Positions 50,600 to 61,596 are shown, counted from the stretch's first letter. The stretch is 64,000 bases of DNA from Thermoplasmatales archaeon (GCA_020341795.1 CP070836.1:1535613-1599612); one strand, 5' to 3'. Numbers and translations: made by a program. The notes: generated by a model from the sequence alone, not told the origin.

Positions 50600-51187
50600 A
50601 TGCCGCGGTCAGGGAGGCTTCGAAGCTTTATAAGAGAATATAGGGAATCACCAAGAACTAATAAGTTATCATTTATCCCACCTTTTTTAATTTTAATACT
50701 TGAAATAATACTTTTTTCATATGCATATATTAATAATGAAATACCAGTTATGGTGTTAACACTTATTTTATTAACAATATCTATAATTGAGGCAATTCTT
50801 GTATCACGAGAGATACATGAGCATTATATACAGACAAATTTTGATAAAATTTTAACAATTAGACTTGATGATTTTATAACAGAAAAAAAAGAAAAAAATG
50901 TAAAAAAAATAGTAACAGATTTTATCGATCAATATCCACAATATAATGTACATAGAAATGAGATATATCATACAACTTGTCAAATACTTGAAACTCATAA
51001 GGTAGAAAAAATAGAACATGAAATAGAAAACAAATTAAAATTGTTTATAAGAAAACGAAAGAAGGCAAATGTTGATGAAATTGTTAAAGGATTTGTAAAT
51101 AAATTTCCCAAGTATAAAGGATATAGAATAGAAATATACGAAAAAACTTGTATTTTACTTGGTATAAAAAATAAAAGATCAAAATGA
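50600..51187 (+). CDS. Hypothetical membrane protein (2 TM plus duplicated helical domain)
   Basis: Two TM helices; two ~45-aa repeats NV..IV..F...P.Y...R.EIY..TC.IL. Confidence 0.7.
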   Translation: MPRSGRLRSFIREYRESPRTNKLSFIPPFLILILEIILFSYAYINNEIPVMVLTLILLTISIIEAILVSREIHEHYIQTNFDKILTIRLDDFITEKKEKNVKKIVTDFIDQYPQYNVHRNEIYHTTCQILETHKVEKIEHEIENKLKLFIRKRKKANVDEIVKGFVNKFPKYKGYRIEIYEKTCILLGIKNKRSK

Positions 51188-53074
51188 TTCACGTTTTTTC
51201 CATGCTTTTAAAATAATTTTTCTAAGTTCATCTACATCTTTAGCTTTAATCCATTCTTTTTTAAAATTAGTTTCTTCAGAAATTTGAATAATCCACATTA
51301 AACTATGCATGTAAAAACTTTTTTCATCAGGAGATGCAACAATTATAAAAAACGCATGCACAGGAGGAGTATCATCTGCTAAAAAGATTCCCATCTTGCT
51401 TCTAACAAGAATAATTCCATATTTATCACGACCTTTAATCATATGAGTAACAATTGCAATTCCAGGGTGTATTACTACATTTGAATCTTTCTCACGTTTT
51501 CGAAGTAGCTTATAAAGTTTATCTTTATCTATATCAAGATTTCTAGATAATTTATGTGCAATAATCCAAGCAAATTTATCGGGGCGCATATACTTATATA
51601 AATCTAGTACTTCACATTCTTTAATTATTTTTTCAAAACGTGCTTCTTCAAGGTTATCCCGCTCGATTAATATTTCACGTAGTTCTTCATCTACTAGATA
51701 ACCAGATGATTTTTCTCCTGTTACTCTTTCAACTAAGTTTAAGAAAGTATATTCCCTCCAAATTTTATCGCGTGCATAAAACCAATACCAGCCAAAACCA
51801 AATATAAGAAAACAACTTACAATAAAAATTGGTACAATGCCCATTTGAATAATTAAAAATATAAATCCAATAACTCCACTTACTTGAATCAAAGGATAAA
51901 AAGGTGTTTTAAACCTTGGGCGATAGTTTCTAATTTTACTTTCACGCATAATAATGACAGAAAGAGTAATAAGTAAAAATAGCAGAATTTTTAAAGTTGA
52001 TGCTGTCTTTACTAAATTTTCGTTATCTAAAAATAAAATTACACTTATCATAAAACCAGTAGTAAATAAAATCGAAAAATATGGCGTTCCTCGTTTTGTC
52101 ATTTTAGTAAAAGCATTTGGAAGTAGCTGATCTTTGCCCATTGCCATTGGATCACGAGATGCAGCAAGGAGACCAGCATTAGCTGTAGATACAAATGCAA
52201 GAATTGCAGCAATAGCCATAATTATTCCACCAAATCCAAAAAACAAAGGAATATTATCAGCACCTGTAGAAATAGGTGTAAGATTAGGAGAACCATCTGC
52301 AAGAGTGAACTGACTAGGTTCCATAACACCGACAGTCACGATTAGTACTAATAAATATAAAAGTGTTATTAAACCCCATGAAAGAAACATACCTAATGGA
52401 ATATTTCTTGCTGGTTTTTTACACTCCTCTGCAACACTGCAAACTTTTGTCAAACCACCATAAGATACAAAGATTAATCCCGCAGTTGAAAAGATACCGA
52501 AAGTACTAAATGATGTAATTCCCTCAAAATTTTCAATATTTATATAAAAATTTCCTAGAAGAATATAAATTACAAGTAAAAATAATAGTCCCAAAACAAT
52601 AGCTATTTGAGTTTTTCCAGTATGTTTTACTCCTCTAATATTAATCAATGCAAAAATAATACAAAAAAGGACAGCTATTGATTTAGTAATAATTGGATTG
52701 TTAAAAGATTCATTTAGTATAATTGAAAAAATCCCAATTCCTACTAATGCAAACGCACTTTTAAATGCAAGAGAAAACCATGCTGCAAATCCACCGATTG
52801 TACCCATAAGAGGACCCATACTCCTATCGATAAAAAAATATGTTCCACCAGCTTTAGGCATAGCAGTTGTTAGTTCTGCTTTAGAAAAAACAGCAGGAAT
52901 AATTAAAAGACTTGCAATAGCATAAGAAAAAATTATTCCTGCACCAATCTTTGAATAAGCAATACCAGGTAAAACAAACAATCCGGAGCTTATCATAGCA
53001 CCAGAAGCTATACAAAAAATGTCAAGAAGTCCTAATTCTCTTTTAAGTTTTCTCTCTCCCTTCTCAACACCCAT
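51179..53074 (-). CDS. APC-family amino acid permease fused to a PTS-IIA-like domain
   Basis: GAMISSGLF, AELTTAMPKAGG, SYGG..VAEE; C-terminal RE....GIAI..H IIA-like domain. Confidence 0.85.
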   Translation of the reverse strand: MGVEKGERKLKRELGLLDIFCIASGAMISSGLFVLPGIAYSKIGAGIIFSYAIASLLIIPAVFSKAELTTAMPKAGGTYFFIDRSMGPLMGTIGGFAAWFSLAFKSAFALVGIGIFSIILNESFNNPIITKSIAVLFCIIFALINIRGVKHTGKTQIAIVLGLLFLLVIYILLGNFYINIENFEGITSFSTFGIFSTAGLIFVSYGGLTKVCSVAEECKKPARNIPLGMFLSWGLITLLYLLVLIVTVGVMEPSQFTLADGSPNLTPISTGADNIPLFFGFGGIIMAIAAILAFVSTANAGLLAASRDPMAMGKDQLLPNAFTKMTKRGTPYFSILFTTGFMISVILFLDNENLVKTASTLKILLFLLITLSVIIMRESKIRNYRPRFKTPFYPLIQVSGVIGFIFLIIQMGIVPIFIVSCFLIFGFGWYWFYARDKIWREYTFLNLVERVTGEKSSGYLVDEELREILIERDNLEEARFEKIIKECEVLDLYKYMRPDKFAWIIAHKLSRNLDIDKDKLYKLLRKREKDSNVVIHPGIAIVTHMIKGRDKYGIILVRSKMGIFLADDTPPVHAFFIIVASPDEKSFYMHSLMWIIQISEETNFKKEWIKAKDVDELRKIILKAWKKRESF

Positions 53075-53102
53075 TCACTCTAATAATATCATTATTGTAT
53101 AT

Positions 53103-54344
53103 CTAAGTTTCCGTTAATTCTTTTAGTTTAATTAGATTACCTTTTTTGATTATAGTTTCAACAAGGTTTATTCCAAAATGATATGGTATAAACTTATGAT
53201 TAGGGCAATTTAGAACAATAACATCAGCAACTTTACTTTTTTCTAAACTACCAATATAATTATTCAATCCAATTGCACAAGAAGCATTAAAAGTTGCAGC
53301 ACAGATTGCTTCAGCAGATGTCATATTCATATTAAAACATGCAAGTTGAATCATGAGTTGCATACTTTCCACCCAACAATTAGGATTAAGATCAGTTGCA
53401 AGTGCAACAGGAACACCTAAATCTATCATATTACGAGCATTAACGTATTCTTTCATCATAAGAGAAAAAGGCGTACCTGGTAATAAAACACCAATAACTT
53501 CTTTTTCAGCCATTTTATTTAAACCGCTATTTGATGATCTAAGAAGATGATCAGCGCTAATTGCATTAATTTCTGCTGCAAGTGAAGCACCTCCAGTATT
53601 TACGATTTCATCTGCATGAATTTTTGGTGTTAATCCATTTTTTTTACCAGCTTTTAATATCTTTTTTGATTGATTAATTGTAAAAACACCCCTTTCACAA
53701 AAAACATCACAAAATTTTGCATAATCCTTAACACGAGGTATCATTTCCTCAATAATTAGTTTTGTATATTCATGATTACTATAATTATCAGGAATAGCAT
53801 GGGCTCCAAGAAATGTTGAAATAATGTCCACAGAATGATTTTCATTAAGTTTTTTATTAATCTTAAGAATTTTTAACTCATTTTTAGTATCAAGTCCATA
53901 TCCGCTTTTTGCTTCACAAGTTGTTGTCCCGTAGGATAGCATACTGTCAAGACGTTTTTTACTTTCCTCAAGTAATAAATTATTCGATGCTTTTCTTGTT
54001 TGGTTAACAGTGTATTTAATCCCTCCACCTTTCTTTAAAATCTCCATGTAAGTTGCACCTTTAAGTTTCATATCAAGTTCGAATTCCCTTGAACCTGCAA
54101 AAACTAAATGTGTATGAGGATCAACAAATCCTGGCATCACTGTTTTTCCTTTTGCATCAATTGTTTTACTTGCTTTATAATTTAATTTCTTACCAATATC
54201 AACAATAAGACCATCATTTATTGCTAAGTCACCATTTCTTATAATTCCAATATTACTCATGTTCTTGTTTTTTCTTGGCTTATTTGGTCCTTTTAAAGTG
54301 ATTAATTCATTTGAATTTTTAATTAATATATCAACTGTTTCCAT
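53103..54344 (-). CDS. hutI: Imidazolonepropionase
   Basis: PGFVDPHTH, EAKSGYG, GAHA, DVFCE, HADE, SADHL, ATDLNP. Confidence 0.95.
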   Translation of the reverse strand: METVDILIKNSNELITLKGPNKPRKNKNMSNIGIIRNGDLAINDGLIVDIGKKLNYKASKTIDAKGKTVMPGFVDPHTHLVFAGSREFELDMKLKGATYMEILKKGGGIKYTVNQTRKASNNLLLEESKKRLDSMLSYGTTTCEAKSGYGLDTKNELKILKINKKLNENHSVDIISTFLGAHAIPDNYSNHEYTKLIIEEMIPRVKDYAKFCDVFCERGVFTINQSKKILKAGKKNGLTPKIHADEIVNTGGASLAAEINAISADHLLRSSNSGLNKMAEKEVIGVLLPGTPFSLMMKEYVNARNMIDLGVPVALATDLNPNCWVESMQLMIQLACFNMNMTSAEAICAATFNASCAIGLNNYIGSLEKSKVADVIVLNCPNHKFIPYHFGINLVETIIKKGNLIKLKELTET

Positions 54345-54392
54345 ATTGTTTTCCCAAAGGGTTAAAAGAAGAACTTAGATTAAGGGTTTGCG

Positions 54393-56063
54393 GTGCATAT
54401 AATGGATAAAATAGTAGAATGCGTACCAAATTTTAGCGAGGGAAAAGACAAAACTGTAATTAACGCAATTTCTGCAGCTATTGAGTCTGTAAATTGTGTA
54501 AAACTTTTAGATGTTGATCCAGGCGAGGATTTCAATAGGACTGTTTTTACTTTTGTTGGAGAACCAGAGCCCATTCTTGAGGCTGCATTTCGTGCAGCAA
54601 AAATTGGTATTGCTTTAATAGATATGTCAAAACATAAAGGGGAACATGCAAGAATGGGGGCTCTTGATGTATGTCCATTTATACCTATAAAGGGTGTTAA
54701 TGATAAAGATTGTATAGAAATATCAAAAAAATTCGGACAAAGAATCGCAAAAGAACTAAATGTTCCTGTTTTTTTATATGCTAAATCAGCTACAAAAAAA
54801 GAAAGAATAAGGCTTCCTGATATCCGAAAAGGGGAATATGAAGCACTTGAAGAAAAATTTAAGGATCCATCATATAAACCTGATTTTGGAAAACCAGTTT
54901 TTGTCCCAAAAAGTGGTGCGACTGCAACAGGATGTAGAGACATTCTACTTGCGTATAATATAAACTTAGACTCAAATGATAAATCATTAGCTTCGAAAAT
55001 CGCAGGAAAAATTAGAACAAGTGGAGTTTTAAAAAAAGATAAAGATGGTAATAAAATAATTGGATCTGATGGTAAACCAGAAAGAATACCCGGTAAATTT
55101 AAAGGTGTTCAAGCAGGAGGTATGATGTATAATGAGGATATCTCCCAAGTATCAATGAATTTATTAAATTTTAGAGAAGTAAATATTAACCATGTTTACG
55201 AAGAAGTGAAAAAAGAAGCAGCAAAGCTCGGAATAAAAGCGACTGGAAGTGAAATAGTTGGACTTGTTCCAAAAGAATCACTGATATTAGCAGGTAAATA
55301 TTATTCAGAAAAAGAAAAAACAAATATTATAGATGAATTAGAATTAGTAAATCTTGCTGTTGAGAAACTTGGTCTTTCAGATTTATATCTATTTAAACCA
55401 GAACAAAAAGTTATAGAATATATGGTTGAAGAAACGGGACAACTAGTTTCTATGAAAGTTGGAGGTTTTTTATCAGAGCTTGCTTCAAATAGTCCAGCAC
55501 CAGGAGGTGGGAGCGTTGCTGCTCTTGCTGGAGGCTTAGGAGCTGGTTTAAGTTCTATGGTTTGTAATCTTACAATTGGAAAAGAAAAATATGCTGATGT
55601 TGAAAAAGATATCAAAAAAACTCTAATTCAAAGTGAAAAAATTAGGAAAAAATTAACTTTTCTAATTGATAAGGATACAGAAGCATTTAATGATGTTATA
55701 AAAGCATTTCAAATGCCTAAAGAAACAGAGCAGCAAAAAACGAAAAGAAGTGCGGCAATTCAAAATGGTTATAAAACTGCTGCCATGGTACCACTTGAGA
55801 CAGCAATGACTTGTGCTGAGGTATTGGATGTTGCATTGGTTGTTGCTCAGAAAGGAAATGTTAACTCAATTACTGATGCTGCAGTATCTGCTATTATGGC
55901 TAAAGCAGGTGTTGAAGGTGCAATTTTAAATATCAGGATTAATCTTGGATCAATAAAAGATGAAAAATTTGTGAAAGAGATGTCAACAGATCTTGAAAAA
56001 TTATTAAAATGCACCTCAAAAAAGACTGAGGAAATATTAAAAATTGTAAATAGTAAGATGTAA
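54393..56063 (+). CDS. ftcD: Bifunctional glutamate formiminotransferase / formiminotetrahydrofolate cyclodeaminase
   Basis: VECVPNFSEG, H.GEH.RMGA.DV.PF; C-terminal PAPGGGSVAA cyclodeaminase domain. Confidence 0.95.
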   Translation: MHIMDKIVECVPNFSEGKDKTVINAISAAIESVNCVKLLDVDPGEDFNRTVFTFVGEPEPILEAAFRAAKIGIALIDMSKHKGEHARMGALDVCPFIPIKGVNDKDCIEISKKFGQRIAKELNVPVFLYAKSATKKERIRLPDIRKGEYEALEEKFKDPSYKPDFGKPVFVPKSGATATGCRDILLAYNINLDSNDKSLASKIAGKIRTSGVLKKDKDGNKIIGSDGKPERIPGKFKGVQAGGMMYNEDISQVSMNLLNFREVNINHVYEEVKKEAAKLGIKATGSEIVGLVPKESLILAGKYYSEKEKTNIIDELELVNLAVEKLGLSDLYLFKPEQKVIEYMVEETGQLVSMKVGGFLSELASNSPAPGGGSVAALAGGLGAGLSSMVCNLTIGKEKYADVEKDIKKTLIQSEKIRKKLTFLIDKDTEAFNDVIKAFQMPKETEQQKTKRSAAIQNGYKTAAMVPLETAMTCAEVLDVALVVAQKGNVNSITDAAVSAIMAKAGVEGAILNIRINLGSIKDEKFVKEMSTDLEKLLKCTSKKTEEILKIVNSKM

Positions 56064-56110
56064 TTCTGGAAATAATTAAGTAGGTCTTTTTTACTATCCG
56101 TTTTTTAATT

Positions 56111-57748
56111 ATGAAAACAGATATTGAAATTGCTAGTTCAGTTAAGCTTAAGGATATGCATTCAATCGCAGCTAAGGTTGGGATAAAAAGTGATGAATTA
56201 ATTCCATGTGGAGGATTTAAATCAAAGGTTCATCCTAAGATTTTTGATAGAATATCAAAAAATAAAGATGGAAAATTAATTCTTGTTACAACAATTAATC
56301 CTACTCCAGAAGGTGAGGGTAAGACTACTATGACTATTGGTCTTGCCCAAGCCCTTTCAAAACTTGGTAAAAAGACAATGCTCTGTATTCGAGAACCGTC
56401 TCTTGGTCCAACTATGGGTATGAAGGGTGGTGCAGCTGGTGGTGGTTTTTCACAAGTTATTCCAATGACTGATATTAATTTACATTTTACTGGTGATATG
56501 CATGCCATTACTAGTGCTCATAATTTATTAGCTAGTTTATTAGATAATCATATTCATCATGGTGATGAATTTCATATTGATCCACGATATATTGTTTGGC
56601 CTAGGATACTTGACATAAGTGATCGTGCCCTACGTAGAGTTGTAGTTGGACTTGGTGGCCCAAACGATGGCGTTCCACATGAGGAAGAGTTTGCTATTAC
56701 ACCTGCTTCAGAAATTATGGCTATATTGTGTCTTATTAAAGATTTAAATGATTTAAAACAAAGACTTAGTAGAATAATTGTTGCATATACTTATGATAAT
56801 AAACCAATTACAGCAAATGATTTGAAAGCAGTTGGCGCTATGACAGTTTTATTAAAAGATGCCATGAAACCTAATCTAGTACAAACTATAGAAGGAGTAC
56901 CAGCTTTTGTTCATGGTGGACCCTTTGCAAATATTGCTCATGGAACAAATAGTCTTATTTCAACAAAGATGGCTTTAAAACTTGCTGATTATGTGGTTAT
57001 GGAAGCTGGTTTTGGTTCAGAATTAGGAGCTGAAAAATTTTTTAATATCGTTTGCAGAGTTGGAAAATTAAAACCTGATGCAGTTGTTATGGTTGTTAGT
57101 ATTAAAGCACTAAAAAGACATGGGAATGGAAATGTAAAAGATGGTCTTGTCAATCTTGAGAAACATTTAGAAAATATTGCATATTTTAATATTCCAATTA
57201 TTGTAGCTATTAATCATTTTGTTAATGATCGTGAGGATGAAATAAAAATAGTTGAGGATTTCTGTAATTATAAAAATATTCCGATCGCAGTTGCTGATAT
57301 TTGGAGTCAAGGTGGCGAAGGAGGAATTGAACTTGCTGGAAAGCTTGTAAATCTTATTCATAATAATCCTTCAAAATTCAAATTTTTATACGATGGAAAA
57401 CTACCTATTGTAGAGAAAATTGAGATAATTACTAAAAAAATGTACGGCGCAGGTCTAGTTGTCTATACTGTTAATGCAGAACGTGATATAAAACTTGCAA
57501 ACCAACTGGGATTAGATAAACTACCAATATGTATTGCTAAAACGCAATATTCTCTTTCTGACGATTCAAAAAATCTTGGAAGACCTAATAATTTTAAGAT
57601 AACTGTCCGTGAAATTAAATTCTCTGCTGGAGCAGGTTTTTTAGTACCAATGACTGGTAAAATTACTACCATGCCAGGTCTTCCAATAAAGCCAATATCT
57701 GAAAATATTGATATTGATGAAAAAGGTAACATATCTGGTTTATATTAA
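56111..57748 (+). CDS. fhs: Formate--tetrahydrofolate ligase
   Basis: PTPEGEGKTT, KGGAAGGG, HGGPFANIAHG, EAGFG, AKTQYS, TMPGL. Confidence 0.96.
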   Translation: MKTDIEIASSVKLKDMHSIAAKVGIKSDELIPCGGFKSKVHPKIFDRISKNKDGKLILVTTINPTPEGEGKTTMTIGLAQALSKLGKKTMLCIREPSLGPTMGMKGGAAGGGFSQVIPMTDINLHFTGDMHAITSAHNLLASLLDNHIHHGDEFHIDPRYIVWPRILDISDRALRRVVVGLGGPNDGVPHEEEFAITPASEIMAILCLIKDLNDLKQRLSRIIVAYTYDNKPITANDLKAVGAMTVLLKDAMKPNLVQTIEGVPAFVHGGPFANIAHGTNSLISTKMALKLADYVVMEAGFGSELGAEKFFNIVCRVGKLKPDAVVMVVSIKALKRHGNGNVKDGLVNLEKHLENIAYFNIPIIVAINHFVNDREDEIKIVEDFCNYKNIPIAVADIWSQGGEGGIELAGKLVNLIHNNPSKFKFLYDGKLPIVEKIEIITKKMYGAGLVVYTVNAERDIKLANQLGLDKLPICIAKTQYSLSDDSKNLGRPNNFKITVREIKFSAGAGFLVPMTGKITTMPGLPIKPISENIDIDEKGNISGLY

Positions 57749-57805
57749 AAATAAGGATACATTGATATAGCAAATAATATATGCGTTTTTGGGGAGGTTT
57801 TATTT

Positions 57806-59107
57806 GTGTCAGAAATGAATCTTAAGACTCATGTAGATGATATTATAAATGCTCTAAAGGACGATTCTAAAGGGGAAGTCTCAAGAGAGGAACTTGAAAA
57901 AGAACTTGAAAAATTTATTGAATATGGTGTTCCAATAGAGCAAGCAAAACAAACTCTTATAAAGAAATTTGGAGGACTAGCTGTTTTAACAAGCTCTACT
58001 CCATCTGAAAGAACATTAATCTCAGAATTGAAACCCAATCAGTCTAGCGTTAAACTATTAGGTCATGTAATTGCTATCAATCCTAAAGAGGTAACAGTTA
58101 AAGGTGAAAATCGTACCATTTATTATGGTATATTAGGTGATGAGAGTGGTACTATTCCTTTTACATCATGGGGTACTCTTGATGTAGAAAAAGGAGATGT
58201 TATAGAGATTTCAAATGCCTATACACGTGAATGGCAAGGTGCAGTCCAGTTAAACCTTGGAGATCGAGTTAGTGTTGAAAAAACAGAGAAAGACAGACTT
58301 CCAAAAAGTGCTTTTGAGCCTAAAAAGGTTAAATTAAAAGATTTACGGTCAGGTATGGGAAAGGTTGATTTAACCGCTCGTGTCCTAGAAATTAGTGCTC
58401 GTGACACAGATGTAAATGGTGAAACTAAGAAGGTATTTTCAGGTGTGATTGCAGATCAAACTGGTAAAGCTCAGTTTACATCATGGCATGATTTTATGAT
58501 AAAGGAAGGTGACGTTCTTAGGATAAATGGTGGATATATAAAGGCTTGGAAGGGGATTCCACAGCTTACATTTGATTCAACAGCAATTGTAAAAAAACTT
58601 GATAAAAGTAAAATCAAAAAAGACGATCTCGAAGTAAATCAAATGCTTTTACATGAATTAATTGAAAAACGTGGAGCACTTGATATTCAGGTGGAGGGTA
58701 CAGTTATTGATATTCGACCAGGATCAGGTTTTATCCATCGATGTCCTGAATGTAAAAGAGTTATTCAAAACGATGAATGCAATCTACATGGACAAGTGAA
58801 AGGTTTACTTGATTTACGAATTAAACTAGTTGTCGATGATGGAACTGGTGCCGTTGGAAGTATATTAAATCGAGATATTACTGAGAAAATACTTGGAAAG
58901 ACTCTTACTGATGTAAAAAATATGACACAAGAAGATATATTAGAAAAAATTAACAATAAACTTTTTGCAAAGACAATAATATTAAGAGGAAACGCATTAG
59001 GAGATGATTTTGGAACAACTTTAATTGTCAGAGAAGCAAAGCTTGCTGAAATAAATGTTGTTGAAGAAGCTGAAAAAATAGTAAATGAGTTGGAGGAACT
59101 ATTATGA
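57806..59107 (+). CDS. Replication protein A, large subunit (multi-OB-fold with Zn finger)
   Basis: Repeated OB folds (GILGDESG.I.FTSW; ADQTG..QFTSW), RCPEC..C..HG, DDGTG. Confidence 0.85.
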   Translation: MSEMNLKTHVDDIINALKDDSKGEVSREELEKELEKFIEYGVPIEQAKQTLIKKFGGLAVLTSSTPSERTLISELKPNQSSVKLLGHVIAINPKEVTVKGENRTIYYGILGDESGTIPFTSWGTLDVEKGDVIEISNAYTREWQGAVQLNLGDRVSVEKTEKDRLPKSAFEPKKVKLKDLRSGMGKVDLTARVLEISARDTDVNGETKKVFSGVIADQTGKAQFTSWHDFMIKEGDVLRINGGYIKAWKGIPQLTFDSTAIVKKLDKSKIKKDDLEVNQMLLHELIEKRGALDIQVEGTVIDIRPGSGFIHRCPECKRVIQNDECNLHGQVKGLLDLRIKLVVDDGTGAVGSILNRDITEKILGKTLTDVKNMTQEDILEKINNKLFAKTIILRGNALGDDFGTTLIVREAKLAEINVVEEAEKIVNELEELL

Positions 59108-60081
59108 AACGAGAAACAGCTTGGAGATTATTTGCAGGAGAATACAATGATTCAACAGTAGAAATTAAAGGCGATGGAGAGATGACCCCGTCTTATATAG
59201 TAACACCACTTGGAGCAAAAGTTAACCGTGTCTTTATCATTGGTGTGTTAACAGATGTCGAAAATATATCTGAAGGTGGTGATCTTGTCCGTGCCCATGT
59301 TTCTGATCCAACTGGTGTTTTTACATTATATTCTGGTTCATATCAAAAGCAAACAACAGAAGCACTTTCTAAAATAGAGGTACCTACGTTTGTTGCAATA
59401 GTTGGAAAAGTCCGTACTTATTCACCTGAGGAAGGTACTATTTATGTTTCTGTACGCCCTGAGAAAATAATGGAAGTAAATGCTGATATTCGTGATAAAT
59501 GGATAATTGAGACATGTAAGAATACAAAAGATAGAATTGAAGCAATACTTGAAGCTATGAAGATGGATGAGAAAAATGAATTTGAGCTTAGAAAATTAGG
59601 ATTTAGTAAAGAATTATCAGAAGGAATTGTTTTTGCATTAAAAAATTATAATAATATTGATCTTAACAAATATGTAAAAATAATACAAGAGGCACTTCAG
59701 TATTTAACATCTAGTAAAGAAACTCTTCCAGTTTTTAAAAAAGAGGAAGAAGAAAAAGTACCTATTAAAATTGAAGATACAATCGATGAAAAACTATTAA
59801 TTGAAAAATTTGAGGATCTACCAGAGGAAAAAGAACAAGATTTTGATATAAAATCTGAAGAAAAAAATGAAGAATCTGAAAGCAAATTTGAAGAAATTGA
59901 AGATATTGTTCTTGAAATTATTAAAAAAATCGAGGGTGATGATGGTGCCCCTTGGGACGTAATAACTGAAAACTGTGAAAAAGAGGGGCTTAACAAGGAT
60001 TCAGTTGAAGAAGCGTTAACTAGCCTTATGGATAAAGGGCTTATATATGAGCCTGTACTTGGTACTATTAAAACTACTTAG
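59104..60081 (+). CDS. RPA-associated protein (RPA32-like OB fold plus winged helix)
   Basis: RETAWRLFA.E, TPLGAKVNR, SDPTG, SVRPE; C-terminal wHTH G.IYEP. Confidence 0.85.
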   Translation: MKRETAWRLFAGEYNDSTVEIKGDGEMTPSYIVTPLGAKVNRVFIIGVLTDVENISEGGDLVRAHVSDPTGVFTLYSGSYQKQTTEALSKIEVPTFVAIVGKVRTYSPEEGTIYVSVRPEKIMEVNADIRDKWIIETCKNTKDRIEAILEAMKMDEKNEFELRKLGFSKELSEGIVFALKNYNNIDLNKYVKIIQEALQYLTSSKETLPVFKKEEEEKVPIKIEDTIDEKLLIEKFEDLPEEKEQDFDIKSEEKNEESESKFEEIEDIVLEIIKKIEGDDGAPWDVITENCEKEGLNKDSVEEALTSLMDKGLIYEPVLGTIKTT

Positions 60082-61070
60082 GTATAATATTTTTTTCTCC
60101 AATAATAGGCAATTGGAATACAGATAATTACAACAATTATCATGCCAATTGTTAACATTTTAAAAAGTTGTTCAGAATCAATAATAAATGGTTTTTCTCC
60201 TTCATATGGCTTTAAAAGTGGATAGATATCAATTGATATACCACCTGGTATTTCATAAGGTGTATCTCCTATTCCATCATCATTAGAGTCTATTCCATTG
60301 TAATCATTCCAGTAATTTCCTTTTTTAATATTTGGGTTATAAAAAGAGTTATTACTCTCATCATAAGCATGATAATATGAATTATTTATGAAATTATTTA
60401 GATAGATTATATTTTCAGTTGATTTAATATGAAAAATTATTCCTCGTTGATTGTTTGTAATATTGTTAATATATATCTGATTTTTCGAGCTATTTTTTAG
60501 ATAAATACTAACTTCTTTATTATTTGTTATTTTATTGTTAGTAATAGTGGTATATTTGCTTTTGTTTAATAGAATTGCATATCCTTCACTTTTTTGAATT
60601 ATGTTATCACTTATTTTGTTATAATCAGATATTATTTCGATTCCAATTCCGTAATCATAATAACTAAAAGGAGGAGATGAATCATCAATAATCATTCCAA
60701 TGTCTCTTTTACTATTTTGAATATTAAAACCTTTAAGAGTTACATTATCTGCTGTTATTTTTATCAATGATGTTGAATTTGGAATATAATTAGATCCATC
60801 GATTATTGTATTATTTTTATATTCTCCTTGTAGTGTTAAGGATTTATTAATTGAGAAATAACCCTCATAGTATCCATTAAAAACGAAGATGGTATCTCCT
60901 TTAGATGCGTTATTTATAGCATCTTTTATCGATGTGTAATCTTTATCACCATCATCATCTACATATAGTTTTTTTACTTCTATCTCTTCGCCAATTCCAA
61001 TATTTGCGTTTATTTGTAATGCGTTAATAAAAAGAACAAGTAAAATAATTAAACTAAAAGTTTTTTTCAT
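60078..61070 (-). CDS. Secreted NosD/CASH parallel beta-helix protein with C-terminal TM anchor
   Basis: YVDDDG..Y.SI.DAI, beta-helix repeats, GNYWNDY...DGIGDTPY..D.YPL, terminal TM. Confidence 0.8.
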   Translation of the reverse strand: MKKTFSLIILLVLFINALQINANIGIGEEIEVKKLYVDDDGDKDYTSIKDAINNASKGDTIFVFNGYYEGYFSINKSLTLQGEYKNNTIIDGSNYIPNSTSLIKITADNVTLKGFNIQNSKRDIGMIIDDSSPPFSYYDYGIGIEIISDYNKISDNIIQKSEGYAILLNKSKYTTITNNKITNNKEVSIYLKNSSKNQIYINNITNNQRGIIFHIKSTENIIYLNNFINNSYYHAYDESNNSFYNPNIKKGNYWNDYNGIDSNDDGIGDTPYEIPGGISIDIYPLLKPYEGEKPFIIDSEQLFKMLTIGMIIVVIICIPIAYYWRKKYYT

Positions 61071-61215
61071 TTATTTAATGTAATAAAATCCATTTATTAT
61101 ATTTTTGCAATAATTTCAAATAGATAATATTGCTTGAATGATATTTTTACTAAATAATTTTAAATATTTTCATTGACAAAAATTAGCATACTAATTGATG
61201 GAAAAGGTGAATGAT

Positions 61216-61503
61216 ATGTTTGAATATGGAGAGAAGGATAATTATAAAAAGTTTCCATCTTTATTTGATGCCTTTGACTTAGGTGATAGAGTTAAAAGAA
61301 CCTATAAAGATAAAAATGGAAATAAAAAAGAATATAAGGGGATAATTTTAGCTATAAATAAAAGCGGAATTGAAGTATACTGGGATACTAAAAATGGAAG
61401 ATATAATCCTGGAGAGATCGATATAGATTTTACTTATTGTGAAATAAAAGATATCTTTAATGGAAATGATAAGTATAGTCCGATAAAAAAATATTTTGAC
61501 TAA
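61216..61503 (+). CDS. Hypothetical protein, possible SH3-like barrel
   Basis: FDLGDRV...YKGII....IEVYWD pattern; ATG 5 nt after AGGTGA. Confidence 0.6.
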   Translation: MFEYGEKDNYKKFPSLFDAFDLGDRVKRTYKDKNGNKKEYKGIILAINKSGIEVYWDTKNGRYNPGEIDIDFTYCEIKDIFNGNDKYSPIKKYFD

Positions 61504-61596
61504 AGTTTATATACATTGAAGAATATTCGTTTATATATATTATTACCTATGTAATGTAAATATTTCTCTCCAAAAATGTAAGAAAAAGGAGGAAAA

